A stretch of 61,392 nucleotides of DNA. It comes from an uncultured Gammaproteobacteria bacterium (GTDB lineage Bacteria; Pseudomonadota; Gammaproteobacteria; JAADGQ01). This document shows, piece by piece, positions 10,821-20,065 of this stretch (position 1 is the stretch's first letter; the number at the start of each line of letters is the position of its first letter). Location: positions 3,386 through 64,777 of the forward strand of contig CAYXVC010000001.1 in assembly GCA_964468225.1 (NCBI GenBank), read 5' to 3'. The notes beneath the pieces were generated by a model. It saw only the letters and a program-made list of their open reading frames with translations, had not been told where the DNA came from and made no database searches. Made by a program: the position numbers and the translations under genes.

Positions 10821-12758
10821 CTACATCATGCTTGGTGACACCATAGGTACATCAGAGTCAGGCATGTCACCCATCATTGGAGGAGGGCCCGCACCATCAC
10901 CAATACCATGACCAGGTTCAACAGGCATCATTACCAAAGGTTCAGAATTTTGATTGAGAGTAAGTTCCACTCCTGAAATTTCTTCATATTGAAAGATAAA
11001 GCCCTCTTCATCAAAAATAATTAAATATACAATTGCGGCATCAAATTGACCTTCTTCACTCCAATAATAAATATCAGAGCCTTGATCATCGACCATTCCA
11101 CCGCCAATTATATTTTCAAATACATCATTAAATTCGTTCCCGGAAATTTTTTCAGAAACAATGATATATTCACCTTTTTTCTCTAAACCCGAGACGGTAT
11201 AAAACGAACTCTCAATCTGTTCAAACTCACCATCATCCATGTAGAATTCGCTCTCTTCAAAATCAAACTCTTCAAAGGGCTCATCCATCGGAATAGGAAG
11301 CCAATTCATACCGCCATCTTTCCAATTTTTATCCTGATCACAAGCTGTATCACACCATCGATATTTCAACAGATTGCCTTCGCCATCAAAGATTTCTTCT
11401 GTATTAAATACGGATACATTCTTTTCTCCATCGAATGTATCTGTGTAGGTTCCCTCTGTTCTCAAAAAGCCACCATCATCACTGACACGCCCTTTTGAAG
11501 ACGTATTTGACACAAATTCAGGCGTGTAATTATTCATATTAAAAACAATGTTAATCATGCCATCGGGATCACTCTCTTTTTCACTCAAAGAGATCGTTGA
11601 CGAGTATCCGCCTTTGCCAAACTCATCACCCATATCAAAACTATTTTTATCATGAATCTTGACTATTTTTTCGTCACCTTGATCTGAATAAATAAAAGTG
11701 TACGCATAACTTGTTAGGTCATCTTCATAACGAAACCCGCTATTCACACGTTTCTCATCCTCCGACCAGGTCACAAAAAAACGTTCATCCGCAACAACAG
11801 AAGAACCTATGAATTCAACACGATCCCCATCATCACCTTTTGCAGTTATAGAAACAGGATCCATATAATAGGGGTCTATCTCAACTTCGTATTGAAAGTC
11901 TTCATCAACACTGAACTGTGTATAACTGATTGCCCCCAATGGAATCACTTCACCTGCAACAAAGTCAGGTTGAGGCTCAACCCAAGGCTCATCAATCGGA
12001 AGATCTACATCTTCTGGAGAATCATAAATTACAACTCCATCCACTTCTTGTGGCTCAGGCATGACTTGATAATCCTCTGGAGGAACACTATCATCGCCCA
12101 TATCCTGATGGTTCGGCATTGTTAGAGGGTCAACTGCAGCGATATTTACACCCGGATTCCCACCTGAAACAGCACCGCCAGTACCATAAAGATCACCGAA
12201 TTGGCTTTCATATAAATCATCAATGCGTTTATTAATTTCATCATTAGCTTTCACCAGTGCTTCGGTCACGTTGAGTGAAATTTCTTTTTCTGGAATAGAG
12301 CATGCTTCGCCCAATGCTGTGCCGTCACAACGCGATTTGATATCATCCCAAACTGCATCCAGCATCAAGACTTCACGCTCTTGTTCCAGACGGCTGAGCT
12401 CAACGGCAAAAGCTGAGCCTTTAATCATCAAATAACCAAAGCTGACATTTTGCCAATCTCCATCAGGGCCAAAAGGAGCAGGCTCGGTTCCGTCCCCTAT
12501 TTCAGCATTTTCAGACGCACCCGACATCGTCACAGAACGACTCAGCGCTCGTGCATTTGATTCTGCTCTTTTTGTAAGCAGTGACTTAGGAATTTCGATG
12601 CTTCTTTGGGCAGGCAAGTTTTTTAATTGGTAGGCTTCAGTACTACTTTCCCCGGAGCTTTTCTCCAAAGGTGAATAAACAGAATCCCCTCCACACGCAC
12701 TCAGCGCGAGTGCAATAGAACTGACCAATAAAGTCTCTTTTACTCTTATCCTGTTCAT
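10821..12758 (-). CDS. Acidic lipoprotein of unknown family (645 aa) with Met-rich C-terminal tail; paralogue of 28556-30004
   Basis: Lipobox LALSAC. Collinear with the 482-aa ORF at several blocks: SIEIPKSLL, LMLDAVW..C..x..GEACSIP, ISYTQFS..DFQYEV, and a C-x3-C motif near the C-terminus. I recognise no family. Confidence 0.8.
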   Translation of the reverse strand: MNRIRVKETLLVSSIALALSACGGDSVYSPLEKSSGESSTEAYQLKNLPAQRSIEIPKSLLTKRAESNARALSRSVTMSGASENAEIGDGTEPAPFGPDGDWQNVSFGYLMIKGSAFAVELSRLEQEREVLMLDAVWDDIKSRCDGTALGEACSIPEKEISLNVTEALVKANDEINKRIDDLYESQFGDLYGTGGAVSGGNPGVNIAAVDPLTMPNHQDMGDDSVPPEDYQVMPEPQEVDGVVIYDSPEDVDLPIDEPWVEPQPDFVAGEVIPLGAISYTQFSVDEDFQYEVEIDPYYMDPVSITAKGDDGDRVEFIGSSVVADERFFVTWSEDEKRVNSGFRYEDDLTSYAYTFIYSDQGDEKIVKIHDKNSFDMGDEFGKGGYSSTISLSEKESDPDGMINIVFNMNNYTPEFVSNTSSKGRVSDDGGFLRTEGTYTDTFDGEKNVSVFNTEEIFDGEGNLLKYRWCDTACDQDKNWKDGGMNWLPIPMDEPFEEFDFEESEFYMDDGEFEQIESSFYTVSGLEKKGEYIIVSEKISGNEFNDVFENIIGGGMVDDQGSDIYYWSEEGQFDAAIVYLIIFDEEGFIFQYEEISGVELTLNQNSEPLVMMPVEPGHGIGDGAGPPPMMGDMPDSDVPMVSPSMM

Positions 12759-12874
12759 GATTAACTCTCTCTATATCAATGACAAAAAATTTAATTAAGG
12801 AACATGCCGTACTTCGCTTTTTCAACTACACTTTACACTTTATGCGTTTCAAGTAGCTCAAGTCCATTGAAACA

Positions 12875-12918
12875 ATGTATCACTATGTAATTTTGAGGAG
12901 TTGATACACTCTGATACA
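12875..12918. promoter_or_regulatory. Phased short repeats in the divergent promoter region (candidate OmpR-family response-regulator boxes)
   Basis: TGATACA occurs at 12902 and 12912 (10-bp phase). The inverted core TGTAT/TGTAA occurs at 12876 and 12886, also in 10-bp phase. The site lies between the lipoprotein start (12758) and the OMP start (12995). Confidence 0.35.
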
Positions 12919-12994
12919 AACTGACGAATTGAGTTACGCCAAAATACTCACTTTATTTTGTGCATATGTCCTATTTTTCCGGATACTTATAAAC

Positions 12995-13927
12995 ATGAAG
13001 GTTTCTATTGGAATGCGTTCCATCGTATTGATTATTTGCCTATTCGCCAACTCAGACCTCATGGCAGCAGATATCGCGCATGATGTAAGAAGTACAGAAA
13101 CACCTTCTCATACAAAAGATGGCGGATTTGTCGAGATCGGATTGAAAGCATCGACAAAGCGTAACCCGATAGAGGCTGAAGGCGATCAGGCTGGATTCTC
13201 GTTATTACTTGACGGCAGTTATCAATGGAAGGGGTTATTTATTGAAGCCATTGAAGACTCCTCAACACTCTTCACCGCAGGATACAACGCCTGGAATAGC
13301 AACCACTGGTCGCTCGATCTCGTTGTAAGCCAGATCTATGATGATGTTATAGATTATAACAATTTCAGAAATGTTGAAATATTTGAAGGGGAACCTCTGA
13401 GCGAAAACACGGATGGCATTGAAGGTTCAACTGGTATTACAGAAATCAGCCTGGTTACCAACGAAGCTATTGTGAATCGCTTTAAAAACTTGCGTGACAG
13501 AAATAGTGATTTTCTGGTCGGTGGTAGAGCCACCGCTTATTATGGAAACTATATTTTCCAGTTCGGGCTGCTCACAGACACAAGCAATCAACGTAAAGAT
13601 ATTGTCACACTAATAGAAGCCGGACGAAGCTGGCAAATACGCAACTGGAATTTATACACATTAGGCCGTGTTCGCTACAAGACTTCGAAAGTTGTTATTT
13701 ACTACCCATATATCGACGATTCGCAACAAGAAACCGAGGCATTTTATTCTAAAAGCAGAACATCAGTATTAGCATTAAAGGTAGGAGCAACTCGTCCGTT
13801 AACCGAAAATTGGCTATTTAGATGCTCACTGGAATATAAAACACTTGCGGAAAGTTTTTTCCAAAGCCCCATGATCACAACCCGTCATGGCGCATCTTTC
13901 TCCACATCAATCAGCTATGTTTTTTAA
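12995..13927 (+). CDS. Outer-membrane beta-barrel protein, MipA/OmpV-like (tentative family)
   Basis: Signal peptide MKVSIGMRSIVLIICLFANSDLMA, alternating beta-strand pattern, and C-terminal SISYVF. The start is chosen at an internal ATG; the track ORF begins at TTG 12929. Confidence 0.6.
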   Translation: MKVSIGMRSIVLIICLFANSDLMAADIAHDVRSTETPSHTKDGGFVEIGLKASTKRNPIEAEGDQAGFSLLLDGSYQWKGLFIEAIEDSSTLFTAGYNAWNSNHWSLDLVVSQIYDDVIDYNNFRNVEIFEGEPLSENTDGIEGSTGITEISLVTNEAIVNRFKNLRDRNSDFLVGGRATAYYGNYIFQFGLLTDTSNQRKDIVTLIEAGRSWQIRNWNLYTLGRVRYKTSKVVIYYPYIDDSQQETEAFYSKSRTSVLALKVGATRPLTENWLFRCSLEYKTLAESFFQSPMITTRHGASFSTSISYVF

Positions 13928-13929
13928 TC

Positions 13930-14337
13930 ATGTTAATGATTAAACGAATGACGCAACCGCTACTCTTAATCACAATATTGCTATGCAGTGTATCAATGAA
14001 AATTCACGCAACCAATATTAAGCCTTCTCTGGAAATAACTCCTGATCGTTGCATTAGTTTGCACAAAGGTCAGGTTTGTTATCAACAGATCACAATCCAT
14101 TGGCAATCATCCACTAAAGCAGATTATTGCCTATTTCAGCAAGAGATCAGTACCCCCCTGAAATGTTGGAAAACATCGAAATCAGGTAAAATTAAAATAG
14201 ATTTTCAATCGACCGAACCTCTTGATTTTGACTTGCGTCAACAAGATAACAACACCCCTGTTGCCACATCAACTGTATCCATCCACTGGGTATATAAATC
14301 CACAAAAAGGCAAAAAAGAGGATGGAGGCTATTTTGA
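13930..14337 (+). CDS. Small secreted 4-Cys protein, DUF3019-like (tentative)
   Basis: Signal peptide, then CISLHKGQVC...CLFQQEISTPLKC. Placed between a MipA-like OMP and a two-component system, an arrangement I recall for DUF3019. The family assignment is from memory only. Confidence 0.5.
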   Translation: MLMIKRMTQPLLLITILLCSVSMKIHATNIKPSLEITPDRCISLHKGQVCYQQITIHWQSSTKADYCLFQQEISTPLKCWKTSKSGKIKIDFQSTEPLDFDLRQQDNNTPVATSTVSIHWVYKSTKRQKRGWRLF

Positions 14338-15041
14338 AACCCGTTTCAGATAATGATATTCCACATATTTTAGTGGTTGAAGATGACCCGTCACTCAGCG
14401 AATGGATTTGTGACTACCTTACGTCCCAGAGCTACAAAGTCAGCTTGACGGATCGTGGTGATAAAGCCGTTCATTTAATTCAGAATATTATGCCCGACTT
14501 AGTGGTTCTTGATGTGATGCTTCCCGTGCTGGATGGGTTTGAGGTATGCAAACAGGTTCGCGCTTTCTATAAGAATCCCATCCTGATACTCACCGCCAGA
14601 ACAGAAGAGACAGACGAAGTATTGGGTTTTGATCTTGGCGCGGATGATTATCTGTCAAAGCCCGTCAAACCACGTATTTTGCTGGCCAGAATCAAAAGAT
14701 TGTTAAAGCATAAAGAGACGTTGCAAACCCTCCGGTTTGGGCATTTAAAAATTGATGCCTCCTCAAAAACCGCAACTTTTTTTAATGAGCGACTAGATCT
14801 CTCCTCCAATGAGTTTGAAGCACTCTGGCTTCTGGCTCAAAATGCAGGAAAAATAGTCACTCGAGATCATCTGATGCAAAACCTGTTAAAACTGGAATAC
14901 GATGGAATCAATCGTGCCATTGATTTGATGATTTCCAGATTACGCAAAAAATTGAACGATGACTCCTCCAATCCGGAAAAAATAAAAACAATCAGAGGCA
15001 AAGGCTACCTGTTTGCGACCGATGCTTGGAACGATGCATAA
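14322..15041 (+). CDS. OmpR/PhoB-family response regulator
   Basis: Receiver domain (ILVVEDD, VVLDVMLP, KP) plus a winged-helix output domain (IKTIRGKGY). Confidence 0.9.
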   Translation: MEAILKPVSDNDIPHILVVEDDPSLSEWICDYLTSQSYKVSLTDRGDKAVHLIQNIMPDLVVLDVMLPVLDGFEVCKQVRAFYKNPILILTARTEETDEVLGFDLGADDYLSKPVKPRILLARIKRLLKHKETLQTLRFGHLKIDASSKTATFFNERLDLSSNEFEALWLLAQNAGKIVTRDHLMQNLLKLEYDGINRAIDLMISRLRKKLNDDSSNPEKIKTIRGKGYLFATDAWNDA

Positions 15042-16329
15042 ACTCACCGTATCACTGTTGCTCGTCGTCATTATTGCAACGCTCGGCTTGGGTTGGGCCT
15101 TAGATGGTCTGTTTGAACGGTACTCAAGCGATTCGCAAGAAGATGACTTATCCCCTTATCGGGAAATCGGTGCAAGTCTGGCAAAAATGATTGATCTTCA
15201 TCAGGATTCGGAACAAGCCATCAAACAGATCAATTCCGGTCAAAACCTTAAGTTTTCGACAAAACCATTTTCAGAGTTTTTATTACCCTCGGAACTCCGG
15301 GCTGAATTTACTTATGAACAACCACTCGCACTGGAATCGGATGATGGTTTGACGCTGAATTTCTATCTGCCTCGAAAGCAACAAGTATTGACGCTCGCAC
15401 TCCCTGCGACACTAAAAACTTCCGAGGAAAAACCACTGCGTTTATTCTTTACCGTAATATTTTACGCAGGTATTTTGGCACTGCTATTGCTCTGGCTATA
15501 TCCATTGGTAAACCATCTGATCAAACTCAAAGAGACAGCAATAGCTTTCGGCAAGGGCGACCTTGAGCAGCGTTTACCAACAGACTCTATCTCTTATATT
15601 TCAGAGATAGAAATTGAGTTCAATCGCATGGCGCAGCAAATTCAAACACTGGTCAGTGACAATAAACTGCTGAGCAGCGCAGTCTCCCACGATCTGCGCA
15701 CACCTTTGGCCCGACTCCGGTTTGGTATTGACGTTTTATCAGAAAATGACGACCTGCAAACAAGGGAAAAATATCAGCAGCGTATCAGTCAGGATGTGGA
15801 TGAAATGGAATCTTTGGTTGAAACATTACTCGACTATACAAAACTGGATCAGTCTATGATCAAACTGGAGAAAGTACCAATAAACCTCGAAACCACGGTC
15901 AAGGCTTGCCTCAAAAATACAGGAAACCACTCTAAAGAAATAGCATTTCAACATTCCACAAAAAAGCCCATCATTGCAGCCAGTGAACGTTACCTTTCCA
16001 TGCTGATCAATAACATTTTCCAAAACGCACTCCAGTATGCAAACAGCCATGTTTTTCTTTCAATAACAGCCAGAAAAGATCACATTTTGTTCTCGGTCGA
16101 AGATGATGGCGAAGGCATACTGGAAAATGAGCGAGATCAGGTTCTAAAGCCTTTTGTTCGTGGCAGCCTTGCCAAAACCAATCAAGGTTATGGAATGGGG
16201 CTCGCCATCTCCAAGCGCATTGCTGAATGGCACGGGGGGGAATTAGCGATATTGCAGTCCAATACATTAGGTGGCGCAAGAATTGAAGTCACATTTCCGA
16301 TTCCTAACGAATCAGATGCAGCTGCGTAA
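15034..16329 (+). CDS. Sensor histidine kinase (2 TM, HAMP, HisKA, HATPase)
   Basis: H-box SHDLRTPL, N box, and G2 box GYGMGLAI. The ATG at 15034 overlaps the RR stop by 8 nt; ATG 15022 is an alternative start. Confidence 0.88.
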   Translation: MHKLTVSLLLVVIIATLGLGWALDGLFERYSSDSQEDDLSPYREIGASLAKMIDLHQDSEQAIKQINSGQNLKFSTKPFSEFLLPSELRAEFTYEQPLALESDDGLTLNFYLPRKQQVLTLALPATLKTSEEKPLRLFFTVIFYAGILALLLLWLYPLVNHLIKLKETAIAFGKGDLEQRLPTDSISYISEIEIEFNRMAQQIQTLVSDNKLLSSAVSHDLRTPLARLRFGIDVLSENDDLQTREKYQQRISQDVDEMESLVETLLDYTKLDQSMIKLEKVPINLETTVKACLKNTGNHSKEIAFQHSTKKPIIAASERYLSMLINNIFQNALQYANSHVFLSITARKDHILFSVEDDGEGILENERDQVLKPFVRGSLAKTNQGYGMGLAISKRIAEWHGGELAILQSNTLGGARIEVTFPIPNESDAAA

Positions 16330-16693
16330 CACTTTCAAGTTTATTCCACACTCGATCGGCTGTAATAATTTTAGCTTTTAAATGTGCTCCGGTTGCCAGG
16401 CACGCTCTATCAGCTAAAGATAGGCCTAAACTTTTACAACTCAACCATAATGCCGCCGCTATAACAGCTTCGTCCTCACTAAAGTCAACAACCTCCAAGC
16501 CCAAAGCTTTTAGAGATGCCTCTATTTTACTAACCTGGCTTCCTGACTTTTCTAATTTTTGCAATACTTCTGACCAATTTACTGCGGATATCACGCAGCG
16601 TTCAATATGCTGTTTAACATATTCACCACCTCGCTCATTATGAATTGCTGCAAGAAGTGCCGAAGCATCAACAACCCATTTTTCTTTTTTCAT
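16304..16693 (-). CDS. vapC: Type II toxin VapC (PIN domain)
   Basis: 129 aa, N-terminal VVDASALLA (PIN Asp). 4-nt overlap with the upstream antitoxin gene. The 3' end overlaps the convergent kinase gene by 26 nt. Confidence 0.8.
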   Translation of the reverse strand: MKKEKWVVDASALLAAIHNERGGEYVKQHIERCVISAVNWSEVLQKLEKSGSQVSKIEASLKALGLEVVDFSEDEAVIAAALWLSCKSLGLSLADRACLATGAHLKAKIITADRVWNKLESVTQLHLIR

Positions 16694-16941
16694 CTATTTT
16701 CAAGCTCTGCGGACTTTCTACGCTCATTAATTAACTCTTGCGCCAAATCAGTTTCTTTAGAAACAGTGCTGCATGCCTGATGTACTGACTGCCAAAGCTG
16801 CTCTTTAGATTCCATAACAAGCCGCCCCCCTTCAACCCATGCAATCAGTTGTGAACCTGATTCTATTGCAAGCTGATGACGCAAACTGGCTGGAATAACT
16901 ATTCTACCTTGCTTGCCAACGGATAATTCTGCAGTTTGCAT
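16690..16941 (-). CDS. vapB: Type II antitoxin, AbrB/MazE/SpoVT-type (VapB)
   Basis: SpoVT-AbrB motif VGKQGRIVIPASLR. I prefer the ATG at 16941 over the TTG at 16962. Confidence 0.75.
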   Translation of the reverse strand: MQTAELSVGKQGRIVIPASLRHQLAIESGSQLIAWVEGGRLVMESKEQLWQSVHQACSTVSKETDLAQELINERRKSAELENR

Positions 16942-16964
16942 AACATTACTTTCCAAAATCAATA

Positions 16965-17021
16965 TGCCACTATTGTAACGCTATTGTGGCACAAAGCAAT
17001 TTTCAACCATTTCAATGGTTG
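16965..17021. promoter_or_regulatory. Two palindromes upstream of vapBC (candidate TA operator)
   Basis: TGCCAC-N15-GTGGCA at 16965-16991, containing the direct repeat CTATTGT x2. CAACCAT-ttca-ATGGTTG at 17004-17021. Confidence 0.3.
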
Positions 17022-17157
17022 CAGATAATCCGGTTACATCAACAAAATTAAGAACGTGAATAGAATATTCACCGAATTACCACCAAAATTTCCCAGCCTT
17101 GCAAGATATTGTTAGTATCACACTATTTTCTTCAAGAAGTCTGAGCGGATTAACATA

Positions 17158-19953
17158 ATGAGCAAAAACCTACTCGATAGTTTTGGTGTCAAATCGACAC
17201 TTACTGTTGCGAATAAAACCTACCACTACTTTTCACTTCCGGCGGTCGCCCAATCAAGCGGCATTGATCTAACCTCACTTCCATTTTCACTTAAAATCCT
17301 GTTAGAAAATCTGCTCAGACGTGAAGACGGTATTGAAGTCAAAAAAGCTGATATTGAAGCGATATGCAAATGGGATGCAAAAGCGACTCCAGACAAAGAG
17401 ATCCTTTTCATGCCTGCTCGTGTTCTCCTTCAGGATTTCACGGGTGTACCGGCTGTTGCCGATCTTGCTGCAATGCGCTCTGCATTAAAACGGCTCGGGG
17501 GCAACCCTGATAAAATCAATCCTTTTACACCGGCAGATTTGGTGATTGACCATTCAGTACAAGTCGATCAATACGCCTCTGTAACCGCTATAAAAGCGAA
17601 CTCTGAACTTGAGTACAGTAGAAATAAAGAGCGTTATCAGTTTTTACGCTGGGGACAAAATGCTTTTGATGATTTTAGAGTGGTTCCACCTAATACAGGC
17701 ATTGTTCATCAAGTCAATCTTGAATACTTAGCTAAAGTCGCCATGACATCCGACGTTGACGGCGAAACCTGGGTTTATCCTGACACGCTCATCGGCACAG
17801 ATTCACACACCACCATGATTAATGGCCTCGGTGTTGTAGGCTGGGGTGTAGGCGGCATTGAAGCCGAAGCTGCTCTGCTGGGTCAACCCTCCTCATTATT
17901 GGTTCCACAGGTGATTGGCGTTAAGCTAAAAGGTCAGATTCCAGACAATACCACCGCCACAGATTTAGTTTTAACAATTACTGAAATCCTGCGCAAAAAA
18001 GGAGTGGTTGGTAAGTTTGTAGAGTTCTTTGGCTCAGGTCTGGCCAACCTCACTTTGGCAGATCGAGCCACCATCGCCAATATGGCTCCCGAATATGGCG
18101 CAACCATCGGGCTTTTCCCCGTTGATGAAAAAACAACTGATTTTCTGAAATTAACAGGCCGTGGCGATATAGCTCCACTGGTCGAAGCTTATTATAAAGC
18201 GCAAGATCTTTGGCACGATGCAGAAAAAAACACCCCAGAATATACCAGTATTGTAGAAATTGATTTAAGCGATGTTGAGCCGTCACTTGCAGGCCCGAGC
18301 CGTCCGCAAGACCGCGTTATACTCTCTAAAGTTCGCAACTCATTTCGCTCTGCACTCAGTGAACACCTTGAAGATGAGCTGGGTGGCGTTGATGACGACT
18401 CTATGGTCTGCTGGCTGGGTGAAGGTGGCAGTGCCATGCAGATCCCACCCGAACTGCATGAGCAGCACCCTGACGCTGAACTGGATAAACTGTTAGGTCG
18501 AAATATCCCGACCCGTCAACCTGATGGTGTTGCTTATAATTTATGTCATGGCTCTATCGTCATTGCGGCCATCACCAGTTGTACCAACACATCGAATCCA
18601 AGTGGTTTAATCACAGCAGCACTGTTAGCCCGTAACGCCGTCCATCGTGGCCTCAAATCTCAACCGTGGGTAAAAACAAGCCTGGCTCCTGGCTCCAAAG
18701 TAGTGACTGATTATCTCGATTCTGCGGGCCTACTGCCTTATATGGAAGCACTTGGGTTTCATGTTGTAGGTTACGGCTGCACCACCTGCATTGGTAACAG
18801 CGGCCCACTGCACAAACACATCAGCGATGCGATTACTGAAGGTAATTTATCCGTTGCTGCAGTGCTGTCAGGTAACCGAAACTTTGAGGGACGTGTAAAT
18901 CCGTTAGTGCGTGCAAATTATCTGGCCTCCCCTGCCCTGGTGATTGCTTTTGCTTTAGCGGGCAATCTTAATGTCGATCTGAGCACCGCTCCCGTGGGCA
19001 TTGACTCCAACAACCTGCCCGTCTACCTTGATGATCTCTGGCCTTCGCCTGAAGAAGTCGCACAATTTGTTGAAAAACATGTTGGGCTTGAACAGTTTGA
19101 AAATGCTTATCATGATGTTTTCAAAGGCGAGCCTGAATGGAATGAGCTGGATGTACCTACGGGCAAACTCTATAGCTGGAAAGAAAATTCCACCTACATT
19201 AAAGAGCCTCCATTTTTCGCCACGATGAAAAAAGAACCCGCGCCTGTACAAGATATAAAACAAGCGCGTGTACTCGCACTGTTAGGTGATTCAGTCACCA
19301 CGGATCATATCTCACCCGCAGGATCTTTTACTTCCGAAACACCCGCAGGAAAATACCTTATTGAAAATGGCGTTGCACTTGCAGACTTCAACTCTTACGG
19401 CGCCAGACGCGGTAATCATGAAGTCATGATGCGTGGCACATTTGCCAACATCCGCCTGCGTAATTTACTGGCACCAGGCACTGAAGGTGGTTTCACTCGG
19501 CATCAACCTGAAGGTGAAGGCATGACCATCTATGATGCCTCCATGAAATACCAGTCGGACAATGTTCCTTTGATCGTCATTGCCGGTAAAGAGTACGGCA
19601 CAGGTTCATCGCGTGATTGGGCTGCTAAAGGGCCAAAGCTGCTGGGAATCAATGCCGTAATTGCAATCAGCTATGAACGCATTCATCGCTCCAATCTTAT
19701 TGGAATGGGTATTTTGCCATTACAGTTTTTAGAAGGTGAAAGTGCGGAGTCACTGAATATAGATGGCACAGAGGCTTTTGATATCGGTGGATTGAAAAAC
19801 TTAACACCCGGACAAAAAATCACAGTCACTGCAACATCAAAAAATGGTGAAAGCAGAACCTTTTCAGTGATTGCGCGTATTGATACGGCCAATGAACTGG
19901 AGTACTTCTACCACGGAGGAATCTTACCTTACGTGCTTCGTCAAGCATTGTAA
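17158..19953 (+). CDS. acnA: Aconitate hydratase AcnA
   Basis: 931 aa. Fe-S ligand contexts ITSCTNTSNP and GYGCTTCIGNSGPL. Collinear with E. coli AcnA, with extra residues in one linker region. Confidence 0.95.
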   Translation: MSKNLLDSFGVKSTLTVANKTYHYFSLPAVAQSSGIDLTSLPFSLKILLENLLRREDGIEVKKADIEAICKWDAKATPDKEILFMPARVLLQDFTGVPAVADLAAMRSALKRLGGNPDKINPFTPADLVIDHSVQVDQYASVTAIKANSELEYSRNKERYQFLRWGQNAFDDFRVVPPNTGIVHQVNLEYLAKVAMTSDVDGETWVYPDTLIGTDSHTTMINGLGVVGWGVGGIEAEAALLGQPSSLLVPQVIGVKLKGQIPDNTTATDLVLTITEILRKKGVVGKFVEFFGSGLANLTLADRATIANMAPEYGATIGLFPVDEKTTDFLKLTGRGDIAPLVEAYYKAQDLWHDAEKNTPEYTSIVEIDLSDVEPSLAGPSRPQDRVILSKVRNSFRSALSEHLEDELGGVDDDSMVCWLGEGGSAMQIPPELHEQHPDAELDKLLGRNIPTRQPDGVAYNLCHGSIVIAAITSCTNTSNPSGLITAALLARNAVHRGLKSQPWVKTSLAPGSKVVTDYLDSAGLLPYMEALGFHVVGYGCTTCIGNSGPLHKHISDAITEGNLSVAAVLSGNRNFEGRVNPLVRANYLASPALVIAFALAGNLNVDLSTAPVGIDSNNLPVYLDDLWPSPEEVAQFVEKHVGLEQFENAYHDVFKGEPEWNELDVPTGKLYSWKENSTYIKEPPFFATMKKEPAPVQDIKQARVLALLGDSVTTDHISPAGSFTSETPAGKYLIENGVALADFNSYGARRGNHEVMMRGTFANIRLRNLLAPGTEGGFTRHQPEGEGMTIYDASMKYQSDNVPLIVIAGKEYGTGSSRDWAAKGPKLLGINAVIAISYERIHRSNLIGMGILPLQFLEGESAESLNIDGTEAFDIGGLKNLTPGQKITVTATSKNGESRTFSVIARIDTANELEYFYHGGILPYVLRQAL

Positions 19954-20065
19954 TAAAAAAGGGATCACCCAGCACGCCGATTATTGGACTTATTCGCTTG
20001 ACTCATGAAGAGCAAACGGGAATTATCAAGCCGCGCTGTTGCCTTATTATTAGAAGAGTAGAAGA

